The notes beneath the pieces were generated by a model. The model was not told where the DNA came from, made no database searches, and saw only the letters and a program-made list of their open reading frames with translations. A stretch of DNA of 64,000 bases from an uncultured delta proteobacterium (GTDB lineage: Bacteria > Myxococcota_A > Polyangia > Haliangiales > Haliangiaceae): contig CAWKDB010000002.1 of the NCBI GenBank assembly GCA_963848295.1, forward strand, positions 640,001 through 704,000. Direction: 5' to 3'. How positions within the stretch are numbered: position 1 is the stretch's first letter; each line of letters begins with the position of its first letter. Below are positions 43,390-53,474 of this stretch, in pieces. A program made the position numbers and the translations under genes.

Positions 43390-43811
43390 AGGGCGGCCAG
43401 CCGTGCTCGATCGCTCGTGCCCCGTACCAACACCGGGTGGCCTGGTCGTCGAGGGCATCGAGTAGCACCATGTGGTCGCCCCACGGCAATTTGGCAGCAA
43501 GCTGCTGCAAGATTGGCCGGCTCGTCCATGTCGTCGCGAACGACCGCATGTAGCGCAGGTTCCTCGACGAGAACCCGGACATGTCGGGGGATGCGGTGCG
43601 GATGTCGGCGGCGAGGCGGTCGATGACCTTGGCTCCCCATGGCTCGGCTTCCATCCGTGCGGCAACGACGTTTCCGATCTCCCAATACAGCAAGATTGCG
43701 GCGGAGTTCGCTGCGATCACCGTCGAGAGCCGGGCTTTGCCGATGCGCTCCTTGATATCGCGGAGCGTTCGCGCGTAGCTGTGCGGCAAACCCTGCCACG
43801 GGAGGCGGCAC
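43390..43811 (-). pseudogene. N-terminal half of a DUF1016/YhcG gene
   Basis: LLYWEIG, WGAKVIDRLAAD, GFSSRNLRYMRSF, LPWG and WY...AIEHGW; homology then stops. Confidence 0.85.
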
Positions 43812-43868
43812 CGGAAACAGCGCGTCGTTCCCGCCGCGGATCGACCATCGAGCACGATAACGGAAAGC

Positions 43869-44483
43869 TCACTGCAGATCTTCACGAACGGTGCACGCGC
43901 CGCGGGTTGGACAGGGCCGGCAGTCGGTCGTGACTGCGAGACCCTCGACCGAGACCGCCGACGGCGCGCTGCAGTTCGCGAAGCGCAGTTGCTTGCAGCG
44001 TACGCCCGGGTCGGTTCGCCTGCACGCGACGCCGTCCGTGTGATGGAACCAGGCTCCCCACAAGCCGGTCCGATCTTCGGTCGTGCCCGCTTCCAGGAAG
44101 CCTGGTTTAGTGAACTGACGGAGAGGCACATCCACTTTCAGGATCGCAATGCGATCGTGGACCGCGAACGCATAGTGGGGCCTGCCGTTCGTGCCCTCGC
44201 AGCAGTTGCTGGAGAGAAACGCGCTGCCCAGGTCGAGATCGATCGCGAGGCTCGCGTCGTCGACCCATCGCCACCCGTCATCGTTGACCGCGATCGCGTA
44301 GGTGTATGTGTACTTGGTCTCGACGACGACCGCGGCATAGTCATGCGCGCGCTCGAGCACCAGGCACCTACCGGAGCCCCGCGACGCACACAACGCGGCA
44401 AGCGAGCCGAACGATTCACCGTCGCCACGCGCCACGCCCCGACCTGTGAGTGCAAGCACGACCACCAAGACGGCCCAGCGCAT
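43869..44483 (-). CDS. Hypothetical secreted Cys-rich protein
   Basis: Signal-peptide-like N-terminus and plausible amino-acid composition. Confidence 0.5.
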   Translation of the reverse strand: MRWAVLVVVLALTGRGVARGDGESFGSLAALCASRGSGRCLVLERAHDYAAVVVETKYTYTYAIAVNDDGWRWVDDASLAIDLDLGSAFLSSNCCEGTNGRPHYAFAVHDRIAILKVDVPLRQFTKPGFLEAGTTEDRTGLWGAWFHHTDGVACRRTDPGVRCKQLRFANCSAPSAVSVEGLAVTTDCRPCPTRGACTVREDLQ

Positions 44484-44945
44484 GGCCCTATCAACGCGCG
44501 ACTACGGAGCCCTATTGCCCCGACCGCATGATCTACGCAAGACGGTCTCTCCGAATCGGCCGCAGATCCCGCGGATGCTGCTCGATCGCCCGATGGCGCG
44601 AGGCGAGGTGCGTCCGGCGCTCGTAGTCGCAGCCGTACGCCGGCTTTCACCGCTACTACGCGACCCTCACGCAAGCGTCGCCAGCGGTCTCCCTCGTCGT
44701 CGATGCCTCCGTTCGGCGCGACCTGGGGCGCTGCATGTCAAGGCCGCCCGCGGCAACGGCCCGCGCGCGCCATCGCAGCGGCGCGGCGGGGATCGACTTC
44801 TACCGCATCACGCTCGGTAGCCTTCGCATGGTGTCGGTTTCGACTTCCGCCTGCGAAGTGCTCGCAGCGTCGGCGGCAATCGGCGCACAGAAGCTGCGCG
44901 CGCGGGGACAGCGTCGGTCGGGATGCGCTACGCTTCGCGGGGTCC

Positions 44946-45704
44946 GTGCGACGCGAGATTCGATGTAGACCGCTGCTCGCGATCGTCGTGCTCTCGGTCG
45001 GCTGCGGGCGGATCAGCTTCGATCCGTTGGGGGGCGGTCCGAGTGACGCGACGGCCGCCGACACGCTCGCCAGCGCATGCCCGCCATTCGCGACGCTGTG
45101 TGACGACTTCGAATCGGGCGGGCTGGCCAAGTGGACCGGGAGCGATGTCTCGCCGGGCGCGGAGGCTATCGTCGATCAATCGACCGCGCACTCGGGCGTC
45201 TATGGGCTCGACGCGACCGTCCCGGTCGAACCGAGCGACGGCGCGTTGGCGACGGCGGCGCTCGTCACCTTGCCGCAGAGCACCGGGATGCTGGCCGTGC
45301 GCGAATGGATCGAGCTGTCGGCGCCGCTCGTCGACTACGAGTCGGTGATCATCATCTACAGCTCGTCGCCGACGCACTACGCGATCGTCGGCGGCGATAA
45401 CAACAGCCTGTGGAACGCTGGCGAAGACAGTCCCAGCGGCGGCCTCGTCGATCACCCGAGCAGCCTGCCGGTCCCCGCGCTCGGCGTGTGGACTTGCGTC
45501 GAGCTCGACTACACCTTTCCGTCGACCGGCTCGGCGCAGATCCAAGTCTTCGTCGGTGACGCCAAGATCGTGGACGTGCTCGCCGCTGATGCGGCGCCGG
45601 TCTACGATCACGTCGAGGTCGGAGTCGCCCGCGCGAACATGCCCGGTTACCACCTCTCGACGGACGATGTCGTCATCGCGCCGCAGCACATCGGCTGCCA
45701 GTAG
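44946..45704 (+). CDS. Hypothetical lipoprotein with beta-sandwich (CDDFE) domain
   Basis: LSVGCGRISFDP lipobox, LCDDFE, WTCVEL and terminal DDVVIA..HIGC. Start uncertain. Confidence 0.7.
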   Translation: MRREIRCRPLLAIVVLSVGCGRISFDPLGGGPSDATAADTLASACPPFATLCDDFESGGLAKWTGSDVSPGAEAIVDQSTAHSGVYGLDATVPVEPSDGALATAALVTLPQSTGMLAVREWIELSAPLVDYESVIIIYSSSPTHYAIVGGDNNSLWNAGEDSPSGGLVDHPSSLPVPALGVWTCVELDYTFPSTGSAQIQVFVGDAKIVDVLAADAAPVYDHVEVGVARANMPGYHLSTDDVVIAPQHIGCQ

Positions 45705-45780
45705 CGCGAACGTCGCGTACGTCGGTCAAGGGCTCGATCGTCCGTGCCGCCTCGCTCGATCTCCATCGCCACTCTGCTCG

Positions 45781-47721
45781 TCACGGATAGCAGGTCGATG
45801 GATCGAACGGCTGGTTCGCGTGCGGGCCGCCGGTCCAGTAGCAGTCATACGCCGCGTTGGTGCCGACCAGGCCCGAGGTGCCGTCCAGATCGCCGGCGGT
45901 GACGTCGGGGCCGATCAGTGGCCACGGTTTGCCGTGCAGATACCCCGGCTGTGTCGCGTAGTACCAGGACGGCGCGAAGTCGTGCTCGTCGCCGCCGTCC
46001 CAGTAGGCCACGCCGTGGGTCGCGAAGTCGTAGTTACCGTGGTTGATCGATGTGGTGTCCGGGCTCGGCACCGAGCCGACGGCCGCGGCGTAGCTGTAGG
46101 CAATCGGGTTGTCGGTGGTGCCGTACTCGTTGAAGCCGCGCACCGTCGCCGCAGACCAGTCGGCGTGCATCCCGGTCCGACCGAGCACGTTCGCGACGAA
46201 GCTCATGTATGTGTTGAGCGTGTAGACGTCGATCGCATCGAAGCCCGACATCGTCGCGGCGTCGAAGCTCGGCACGGTGCCGCAGGTCGGCGCCGGCGTC
46301 GCGTACGAGCAGCCACCGTCGTCGTTCGATTCGTCGCCCCACATGCTGTTGCGGAAGAACACGAAGTGAGAGGCACTCCCGTGAAAGTCGTCCTCGGCGA
46401 TGTGCGAGAAGATGTTGCCCTCGAACAGCGTCATGTAGGGATGCGCGCCGTGGTTTGGCCGAGCCGAACCGAGGTAGGTCAGGTCGTCGGTGTACTCGTC
46501 GTCGACGTAGTTGTAGAGCACCACGTCGCCGCCGCCGCCGCCCTCCCAGATGAGGCCGTGGCGGTTGTGGCGCATGATGTTGTTCTCGATCTTGTGGTTA
46601 CCGTTCGTGAAGAACACGTAGATGCCGTAGCCCGCGCCGCTCGCGCCCGAGCGCTGCTCGTGCACGTAGCAGTCGCGGACCTCGTTGCCGTACGAGTAGG
46701 CGAGCTGGATGTGCGCCGACCCGCTGTCGGAGCCCGTGTACTGGGTCTCGACACCTTTGACCCAGCAGTACAAGCAGCCCTGCATCGTGATGATCTGACC
46801 GGCGCCGATATCACCGGTCGCGACCACGTGAAAGTCTTCGTAGCCGGCCTGCTTCGTCGGGAAGTCGATGATGTCGTACTTCGCACCCGCGGGCTCGGTG
46901 CCCGCGGGATCGGTCAGCGTCACCGCGGCGGTGTACGGTGTGTAGTAGAGCGGCTGACTGGTCACGATCACGGAGCCGGGTCCACCCGAGCCGCTCGAGA
47001 TCGCCGTGACCTGGACGATCTGCTGCATCAAGTACGCGCCGGTATCGTCGCCGCAGTAGTCGCAGCTGCCGTCGGGATCGCTGACCAGCGACGGATCGTC
47101 GTTGCCGAACACCTTGATCCACGTGCCCACGCTCACGGTGCCCGAGCCGATCGTGAGCGTGGTGTCGCCCTTGTGGGGCGAGCCCGCCAGCACGTACGTC
47201 GCGGGGATCTGGTCGTAGTCGGTGGCCGGCTCGATGTTGTTCGAATGCGAGAAGTCTTGCGTGGTGAGCCAGCCGTTCGGCCCTTCGAGGATCAGCGTGC
47301 CCGGGCCCGCGCCGCGCAGCACGACGCCGGTCTTCAGCCGCACCGTGCCGTCGATATAGAAGTTGCCGACCGGCAGATAGACCGCGCTGCCCGTGCCGGC
47401 GGCGGCGATGCAGTTGTTGAGCGCGGTCGTGTTGTCGGTCGTACCGTTGCCGACCGCCGCGCTGCACGCGACCTGCGGCATGTAGACCGGCAGCGTGCCG
47501 CCGTTCCACAGATCCGATCCGGCCTTCCACGGGATCTGCCGGCAATTGGTCGGGCATCCCGCGTCGTCGTCGGGGAGGCGATAGCCGCCGCCGGGCCCCA
47601 CACCGTCGCCCGGCGTGTCCCGGGGGAGGTGGGCATCTCCGTTCGCGCGATCGCTGTGGCCGCACCCCGCGGCAAGCCACAGCGCCGCGCACGCGCTCGC
47701 GATCACGTCGATGCGTTTCAC
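45781..47721 (-). CDS. Secreted pectin-lyase-like beta-helix lipoprotein
   Basis: LAAGC lipobox, GNGTTDNT.ALN, VYLPVGNF, VVLRGAG and GYG...ENNI repeats. Confidence 0.85.
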   Translation of the reverse strand: MKRIDVIASACAALWLAAGCGHSDRANGDAHLPRDTPGDGVGPGGGYRLPDDDAGCPTNCRQIPWKAGSDLWNGGTLPVYMPQVACSAAVGNGTTDNTTALNNCIAAAGTGSAVYLPVGNFYIDGTVRLKTGVVLRGAGPGTLILEGPNGWLTTQDFSHSNNIEPATDYDQIPATYVLAGSPHKGDTTLTIGSGTVSVGTWIKVFGNDDPSLVSDPDGSCDYCGDDTGAYLMQQIVQVTAISSGSGGPGSVIVTSQPLYYTPYTAAVTLTDPAGTEPAGAKYDIIDFPTKQAGYEDFHVVATGDIGAGQIITMQGCLYCWVKGVETQYTGSDSGSAHIQLAYSYGNEVRDCYVHEQRSGASGAGYGIYVFFTNGNHKIENNIMRHNRHGLIWEGGGGGDVVLYNYVDDEYTDDLTYLGSARPNHGAHPYMTLFEGNIFSHIAEDDFHGSASHFVFFRNSMWGDESNDDGGCSYATPAPTCGTVPSFDAATMSGFDAIDVYTLNTYMSFVANVLGRTGMHADWSAATVRGFNEYGTTDNPIAYSYAAAVGSVPSPDTTSINHGNYDFATHGVAYWDGGDEHDFAPSWYYATQPGYLHGKPWPLIGPDVTAGDLDGTSGLVGTNAAYDCYWTGGPHANQPFDPSTCYP

Positions 47722-47878
47722 GACCCCGAGTGTTCATCGAGGCCGGCCGCGGTTGCCAGCCGCGAGTCGTTACATGCTCGCAGGTGGTTCGACCTTTGGG
47801 CGCCGATCTCGAGGGGTTACTCGACGATGTTCTTGCACGGTCGTGCTCGAGCTCGGGCGTGACCGGCGCGAGTGCGGG

Positions 47879-48922
47879 TCAGTGGCCGTCATCCGCCTCG
47901 AGAGCGACCTTGGCGCGAAACGAGCGGAACAGGTACGTGAAGTAGCCGAGCGCGAGCAGGATCGCGGGAATCCACCACACGAGTCCGATCGCGAGCCCGG
48001 CGCGGTCGTTCGCGGTATTAGGCACGTCGAGGCTGAACGACGGGTCGATGGACGACCGCAAGATCACCGGATAGAGCGCGCCCGCCGTCATGCCGAGGAG
48101 CGCCGCGATCACGAGCGACGAGGCCAGGAAGCCAGCAAGCTCGCGTTCACGCGCGAGCGCAACGAACACGCCGATCCACGCGGCGACGGCAGCAAGAGGC
48201 AGGAGCCACAGCAGGGGGCGATCGGCAAGGTTCGCCAGTAGCGTCGGGTTCACGAATGCCGTCTCGACCGTGACGAGGATCGCGAGGACGAGCGCGACGA
48301 TCCACGCCCACCGGGCGACGCGCGCCGACCGGGCGTTGACATCGCCCGCGGTCTTCCACTGCAGGAACATAGCGCCGTGGGCCGCGAGCAACGCGAGCGC
48401 GAACAAGCCGACCGACAGCGTGTACCAGTCGATCGCACCGAGCTCGCCACCGAGGCCGAAGTTCGTGAACAGCGGAGCCGCGAAGTAGCCGCTGGCATCG
48501 ATCGGGACGCCGCGCAGGACGTTGCCAAGCGCGACGCCGAGCACGAGTGCGAGCACCGCCGACGACAACGCGAAGACCGCGTCGAAGAACTGCCGCCACA
48601 GCGGGTTCGCCTGGTGCGAGCGGAGCTCGATCGAGATGCCGCGCAAGATGAGCAGCCACAGGACCAGCATGAGCGGCAGGTAGAAGCCGCTGAACGCGAC
48701 CGCGTACACGCGCGGGAACGCGAACACGAGCAACCCGCCGGCCGCGAGTAGCCAGACCTCGTTGCCATTCCACACCGGGCCGATCGCCGCCAGCACCGTC
48801 CGGCGGTCGTCGTCGGAGCGCGCGACGAACAGGTGAAGGGCACCGGCTCCGAGGTCGAAGCCGTCGAGCACGACATACACGATCAACATGAATCCGAGCA
48901 GCACGAACCAGGTGGTCGCCAT
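47879..48922 (-). CDS. cydB: Cytochrome bd oxidase subunit II
   Basis: YVVLDGFDLG, IGPVWNGNEVWL and AFP..Y...FSGFY. Confidence 0.95.
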   Translation of the reverse strand: MATTWFVLLGFMLIVYVVLDGFDLGAGALHLFVARSDDDRRTVLAAIGPVWNGNEVWLLAAGGLLVFAFPRVYAVAFSGFYLPLMLVLWLLILRGISIELRSHQANPLWRQFFDAVFALSSAVLALVLGVALGNVLRGVPIDASGYFAAPLFTNFGLGGELGAIDWYTLSVGLFALALLAAHGAMFLQWKTAGDVNARSARVARWAWIVALVLAILVTVETAFVNPTLLANLADRPLLWLLPLAAVAAWIGVFVALARERELAGFLASSLVIAALLGMTAGALYPVILRSSIDPSFSLDVPNTANDRAGLAIGLVWWIPAILLALGYFTYLFRSFRAKVALEADDGH

Positions 48923-48930
48923 ATCGCTCC

Positions 48931-50262
48931 TCAGCTCTCCGGCTGACCGGGGGTCGGGCCGCGCGCGATCTGGCGGCCGACGAGATAGACGAACAACAGG
49001 CCGATCACGAGGTAGAGCCCGAGGAACCCGAGCGTCGAGAACGCGACGTCACCTGCCCCGACGCGCGGCGACGACGCTTGTGCCGTGCGTTGCAGCCCGT
49101 AGACCGCCCACGGCTGCCGGCCGAGCTCGGCGGTCATCCAGCCGAACGCCGTCGCGATGTACGGGAATGGAACCGCGAGCATCAGGATCCAGCGTAGCGG
49201 CCGCGAGCGGTACAGCGTCTTGCGCCACAGCCCGATCGCCGCGATGCCCATGACGAGGATGAGCAACGTCCCGAGCCCGACCATGATGTGATAGGCGAAG
49301 TACAGGAGCTCGACGTTATCGGGCCACTGATCCTTCGGGATGTCGTTCAGACCTTTGACCTCCGCGCCGAACGACCCGTACGCGAGGAAGCTGAGCGCGC
49401 GGGGGACGACGATCGGATTCTCGAGCCGGCCCTCGGCGACGTTCGGCTGGCCGATGATCGCCAGCTCGGCCTCCGATCCGGTCTCGAACTTTCCCTCCAT
49501 CGCCGCCAGCGCCGCGGGCTGGTACTCCGCGACGAGCTTCCCGCTGCGGTCGCCGGTCGGGAACAGCTGGACGAGCGACGCCACGAGGCCGGCGATCACG
49601 CCGAGCTTGAGACAGCGCTTCGCCGACTCCGCGTGTTTGCCCACGAGCGACCAGTACGCGCCGACGGCGGCGACCACGAACGAGCCGGTGATGACGGCCG
49701 CGCACATGTTGTGGGCGTACTCCCAGAGTGCCCAGCGATTGAACATGAACGCGGTGACATCGACGAGGTGCAGGTTGCCGTCAGCGCCGACGGCAAAACC
49801 CTCCGGGTGTTGCATGAAGGCGTTGGTGGTGATGATGAAGTATCCGGACGCCCACGATCCGACGAACAGCATGATCGCCGCGATGAGGTGGGCGCGCGGG
49901 CCGAGCTTCTTCTCGCCGTACAAGAAGACGCCGAGGAACGCGGACTCGGCGATGAATGCGAACATGCCCTCCATCGCGAGCGTCATTCCGATCACGCCGC
50001 CCGAGTAGCTCGAGAATCGTGCCCAGTTCGTGCCGAACTGGAACTCGAGCGGGATCCCGGTCACGACACCGACCGCAAAGTTGATCGCGAAGATGCGAGC
50101 CCAGAACCGGGCCACGTCATCCCATCGCGGGTCGTTACGTCTGATCGCGAGGATCTTGCTGACGAGGATGAGGAACGCGAGACCCATCGTCAGCTGCGGG
50201 AACAGGTAGTGGTAGGTGACGGTGAAGCCGAACTGAAACCGACTCCACGTGACCGCGTCCAT
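48931..50262 (-). CDS. cydA: Cytochrome bd oxidase subunit I (short Q-loop)
   Basis: YHYLF, GVVTG..LEFQFGTNW, NAFMQHP, HIMVGLG and AELGRQPW. Confidence 0.95.
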   Translation of the reverse strand: MDAVTWSRFQFGFTVTYHYLFPQLTMGLAFLILVSKILAIRRNDPRWDDVARFWARIFAINFAVGVVTGIPLEFQFGTNWARFSSYSGGVIGMTLAMEGMFAFIAESAFLGVFLYGEKKLGPRAHLIAAIMLFVGSWASGYFIITTNAFMQHPEGFAVGADGNLHLVDVTAFMFNRWALWEYAHNMCAAVITGSFVVAAVGAYWSLVGKHAESAKRCLKLGVIAGLVASLVQLFPTGDRSGKLVAEYQPAALAAMEGKFETGSEAELAIIGQPNVAEGRLENPIVVPRALSFLAYGSFGAEVKGLNDIPKDQWPDNVELLYFAYHIMVGLGTLLILVMGIAAIGLWRKTLYRSRPLRWILMLAVPFPYIATAFGWMTAELGRQPWAVYGLQRTAQASSPRVGAGDVAFSTLGFLGLYLVIGLLFVYLVGRQIARGPTPGQPES

Positions 50263-50310
50263 GGGGTGACTGTGCTCCTCTTCGAGTCCGCAACAAGAGT
50301 GCGCGCGACC

Positions 50311-50694
50311 TCAAATCCGGTCGAGCACGCGACCGAGCCGCTCCCGAACCTCGGCCGCGATCGCGCCGAGTCGCGGGTCCTGCGACGCCATGGTCTGCGC
50401 TGGATCGATCGCCACGACGGTCGCCCCGCCGCCGTCGCGCTCGTACACGATGACGTTGCACGGGAGCATCACGCCGACCTCGAGCATGATGCCGAGCGCC
50501 TTGTGGGCGAGCGCCGGGTTGCACGCGCCGAGGATCTTGTAGCGCCGGAAATCGACGTCGAGCTTCTGCTTGAGCGTCGCCGCGACATCGATCTCGGTCA
50601 GCACGCCGAAGCCTTCCGTCTTGAGGGCCTCGGGCACGCGAACGAGTGCCTCGTCGTAGCTGATCGCGAGCTCTTTGCGAATTCCTGGCGTCAT
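50311..50694 (-). CDS. DUF302 family protein
   Basis: GFGVLTEID..ATLK.KL, YKILGACNP and MLPCNVIV. Confidence 0.92.
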   Translation of the reverse strand: MTPGIRKELAISYDEALVRVPEALKTEGFGVLTEIDVAATLKQKLDVDFRRYKILGACNPALAHKALGIMLEVGVMLPCNVIVYERDGGGATVVAIDPAQTMASQDPRLGAIAAEVRERLGRVLDRI

Positions 50695-50732
50695 GTCGGT
50701 GAGAGCGGACCACGCCCCCAAGGGTCCCGCAA

Positions 50733-50924
50733 TCACTTGCCGAAGATCCGTCGAAGTGCTCCTCCGAGCCCGGGGCTCGCTGTCTGGGATCCGGCGGTGG
50801 TCGAGGCGTCTCGACAGGTACAGCGCGATTCCTTGGGCACGTGGCCGAGGACCTGCTCGACGTGGGCCCCGCACCCGGCCCAGGTTGGCTTGTGGCACTT
50901 GTTGCATTGCACGACACGACACAT
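50733..50924 (-). CDS. Small Cys-rich protein (63 aa)
   Basis: MCRVVQCNKCHKPTWAGCGAHVEQVL...RCTC; AAGGAG RBS. Confidence 0.8.
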   Translation of the reverse strand: MCRVVQCNKCHKPTWAGCGAHVEQVLGHVPKESRCTCRDASTTAGSQTASPGLGGALRRIFGK

Positions 50925-50945
50925 GTGGATGCTCCTTCTCTCGTA

Positions 50946-50973
50946 GGAGCCATCCACGGCACCGAGGGTTCGC
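50946..50973 (-). promoter_or_regulatory. ECF promoter motif A
   Basis: GCGAACCC-N14-GGCTCC. A weaker copy, CGGGACCC-N14-CGCTCT, lies at 50702-50729 before DUF302. Confidence 0.75.
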
Positions 50974-51006
50974 ACAAACGACCGCGGCGGGTAGACTGCG
51001 ACGCAG

Positions 51007-51813
51007 ATGGAACGCTCCGACGCAGATCTCGTGACGGCCGCCCGCGGCGGAGACCGTGCCGCGGTCGAGGAGCTGCTCGCTCGCTACGAGCCGAACATCT
51101 ATCGATTCGGCCTACGCATGTGCGGCAACGAGGAGGCCGCGCGCGAGGTGCTCCAGGAGACGCTACTCGCGGTCTTCCGGTATCTCCCGGGCTTTCGCGG
51201 CGATGCCGCGCTGTCGACGTGGCTGTATCAGATCGCGCGGAGCTTCTGCATCAAGGAGCGCCGCGGCGAGCACCCGACCCGCTCGCTCGACGACGCCGGC
51301 GCACCCCAGCTCGTCGATCCGGCGCCCCAGCCCGACGCGCGCGCGCATGCCCGCGAGATCGGCGAGGCCCTGTCGCGCGCGATCGCAGTCCTCCCGCCCG
51401 AGCAGCGCGAGGTGCTGATCCTCCGCGACGTCGAGGGCCTCAGCGCCGAGGAAGCCGCCCGGGTCGTCGGCATCGAGGTCGGGGCGCTCAAGAGCCGGTT
51501 GCACCGGGCTCGCATGGCGCTGCGTAGCGAGCTCGCGGGCATCCTCGGGACGAACGACAACCCAGAACCGTGTCCCGAGCTGGCGCAGGAGCTCGCGGCG
51601 TATGTCGGCGCCGAGATCGATCAGGCGACGTGCGTGCAGATCGAGAAGCACCTCGCGACCTGTGCGCGGTGCGCCGGCGCGTGCGACGCGCTCAAACGGA
51701 CGGTCTCGCTGTGTCGGCGGCTGCCCGGAGATGTCGTGCCCGCCGCGGTGCGAACGGCGGTCCGCGATGCGATCATGGCCGCGATCCCGGCGTCAGCAAG
51801 CCTCGACCGCTGA
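51007..51813 (+). CDS. ECF sigma factor fused to a C-terminal zinc-finger (ZAS, HxxxCxxC) domain
   Basis: Region 2 (LQET..., LSTWLYQIA) and region 4 (LRDVEGLS..E.A, KSRLHRAR), then PCPEL...IEKHLATCARC. Confidence 0.9.
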   Translation: MERSDADLVTAARGGDRAAVEELLARYEPNIYRFGLRMCGNEEAAREVLQETLLAVFRYLPGFRGDAALSTWLYQIARSFCIKERRGEHPTRSLDDAGAPQLVDPAPQPDARAHAREIGEALSRAIAVLPPEQREVLILRDVEGLSAEEAARVVGIEVGALKSRLHRARMALRSELAGILGTNDNPEPCPELAQELAAYVGAEIDQATCVQIEKHLATCARCAGACDALKRTVSLCRRLPGDVVPAAVRTAVRDAIMAAIPASASLDR

Positions 51814-51843
51814 ATCGTTCGGCGCCGGCAGGGCCTCGCCATG

Positions 51844-52443
51844 TCACCCGCGACGAACGCCCACGAGCTGCACCGTGGCGCTCGGGCCGTCGTGGAAGCG
51901 TCCCTCGTGGATCTCGCGGTTCGCGTCACGCGCCACGACGAGCTCGAGCGGGCTCAGCTGCTCGCGCAGCTCGGCGAGCGTGCTGAGCAGGCTCAGCTCC
52001 TTCGGGCCGCCGGTGCCGAGTGCGAGCTGCTCCGGCCGATAGGTCTCGAGGACGAGGCAACCGGCGGCGCGCAACGCATGCGGGATCTGGGCGTGGATTC
52101 GGTGGCGCACCGCCAGCGGCACGTGCGCGAAGATCTCGACGATGCCGCTCCAGCGGTCGATCCCGAGATCGAACGTCGCGAGATCGGCCTGGATGACCTC
52201 GATCGTGACGTCGTGAGCTCGCGCCAATCGCTCGGCCTTGCGCAGGCCTTCGATCGACAGGTCGATCGCGGTGACCTGATGACCGAGGCCGGCGAGGAAC
52301 ACCGCATTGCGCCCCTCGCCCTCGGCCAGGCACAGCACCGGCCCGGGCGGAATCCGGTACGCCTCGGCGCGCAGAAAGTCGTTGGGCTCGACGCCGTACG
52401 CGTACTCGTCGGAGCCGTATCGTTCATCCCAGAAGTTCGTCAT
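51844..52443 (-). CDS. Class I SAM methyltransferase (TehB-like)
   Basis: FWDERY...YAYG.EPNDFL, LAEGEGRNAVFLA, EIFAH, TGGP and EG.FH.G. Confidence 0.88.
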   Translation of the reverse strand: MTNFWDERYGSDEYAYGVEPNDFLRAEAYRIPPGPVLCLAEGEGRNAVFLAGLGHQVTAIDLSIEGLRKAERLARAHDVTIEVIQADLATFDLGIDRWSGIVEIFAHVPLAVRHRIHAQIPHALRAAGCLVLETYRPEQLALGTGGPKELSLLSTLAELREQLSPLELVVARDANREIHEGRFHDGPSATVQLVGVRRG

Positions 52444-52500
52444 CAAGCCTCGAGCTCGGGTGGTGCGTGCCAGCATCATGCCGGGTCCAAGCGTCGGGTG

Positions 52501-52566
52501 AGAGCCACCGTGCGCGGAAACGGTTCGCGCTCATCGAGGCGAATCCTTTTCTTGTCGCGCGGCTCT
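52501..52566. promoter_or_regulatory. Back-to-back pair of ECF motif A promoters
   Basis: Minus GCGAACCG-N14-GGCTCT (52501-52528) and plus GCGAATCC-N14-GGCTCT (52539-52566). Confidence 0.8.
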
Positions 52567-52574
52567 CGACCGAT

Positions 52575-53474
52575 ATGTCCACGCGTCCCCCGCAGGTCGA
52601 GCACTTCTACGACCTCGTGACATCTACCCTCACCTACCTGGTGTTCGATCCGACGACCCGGGATGCCGTCGTGATCGACCCGGTGATGGACTTCGATGCG
52701 GCGAGCGGCAAGACGTCGACGGCCTCGACCGACCGAGTCGCGCGCGCGATCGCGGAGCACGGCCTGACGCTCCACTACGTCCTCGAGACGCATCCGCATG
52801 CCGATCATCTGTCCGGCTCGCAACACCTCAAGCGACTGCTCGGCGCCAGGGTCGCGATCGGCGAGCGCATCACGGAGGTCCAGGCGACGTTCCAGCCGAT
52901 CTTCGATCTCCCGGCGGGGTTCGCGCTCGATGGCTCGCAGTTCGATCGCCTGCTCCGCGACGGCGAGACGCTGCACGCCGGGTCACTCGCGATCGACGTG
53001 ATCGCGACGCCCGGCCACACGCCCGCTTGCGTCTCGTACGCGATCGGCGACGCGGTGTTCACCGGCGACGCGCTGTTCGTCGAGGACTCCGGGACCGGCC
53101 GGTGCGACTTCCCGCGCGGTGACGCCGACGTGCTCTACCACTCGGTCCACGACCGGTTGTACGCGCTGCCCGGCGAGACCCGGGTGTTCGTCGGGCACGA
53201 CTACCAGCCCGGCGGGCGCGCGCTCGCGTACGAGACCACGATCGAGCGCGAGCGGCAGCACAACATCCAGCTGACCGCGTCGACCACGGCGCCAGAGTTC
53301 GTGGCCTTCCGGACGGCGCGCGATCGCACACTCGGGGCGCCGAAGCTCCTCTTGCCGAGCATCCAGGTCAACGTCGATGCCGGTCGCCTGCCGGCTCCGG
53401 ACCCGCACGGCCGGCGGTTCCTGCGACTGCCCGTCAACCCCGGCGCCGCCACACTCGACGATGGCTCGACATGA
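52575..53474 (+). CDS. MBL-fold persulfide (sulfur) dioxygenase, Blh/ETHE1-like
   Basis: [49 protein letters not shown] and QVNVDAG. Confidence 0.9.
   Translation: MSTRPPQVEHFYDLVTSTLTYLVFDPTTRDAVVIDPVMDFDAASGKTSTASTDRVARAIAEHGLTLHYVLETHPHADHLSGSQHLKRLLGARVAIGERITEVQATFQPIFDLPAGFALDGSQFDRLLRDGETLHAGSLAIDVIATPGHTPACVSYAIGDAVFTGDALFVEDSGTGRCDFPRGDADVLYHSVHDRLYALPGETRVFVGHDYQPGGRALAYETTIERERQHNIQLTASTTAPEFVAFRTARDRTLGAPKLLLPSIQVNVDAGRLPAPDPHGRRFLRLPVNPGAATLDDGST

Noticed and set aside
45556..47862. Long antisense or alternate-frame ORFs (e.g. 45556-47862 +, 49288-50946 +, 37731-39389 -, 41684-43165 -, 33311-34759 -)
   Set aside because: These are shadow ORFs typical of GC-rich DNA. They are Arg/Ala-rich or mirror real genes with recognisable motifs on the other strand or frame.
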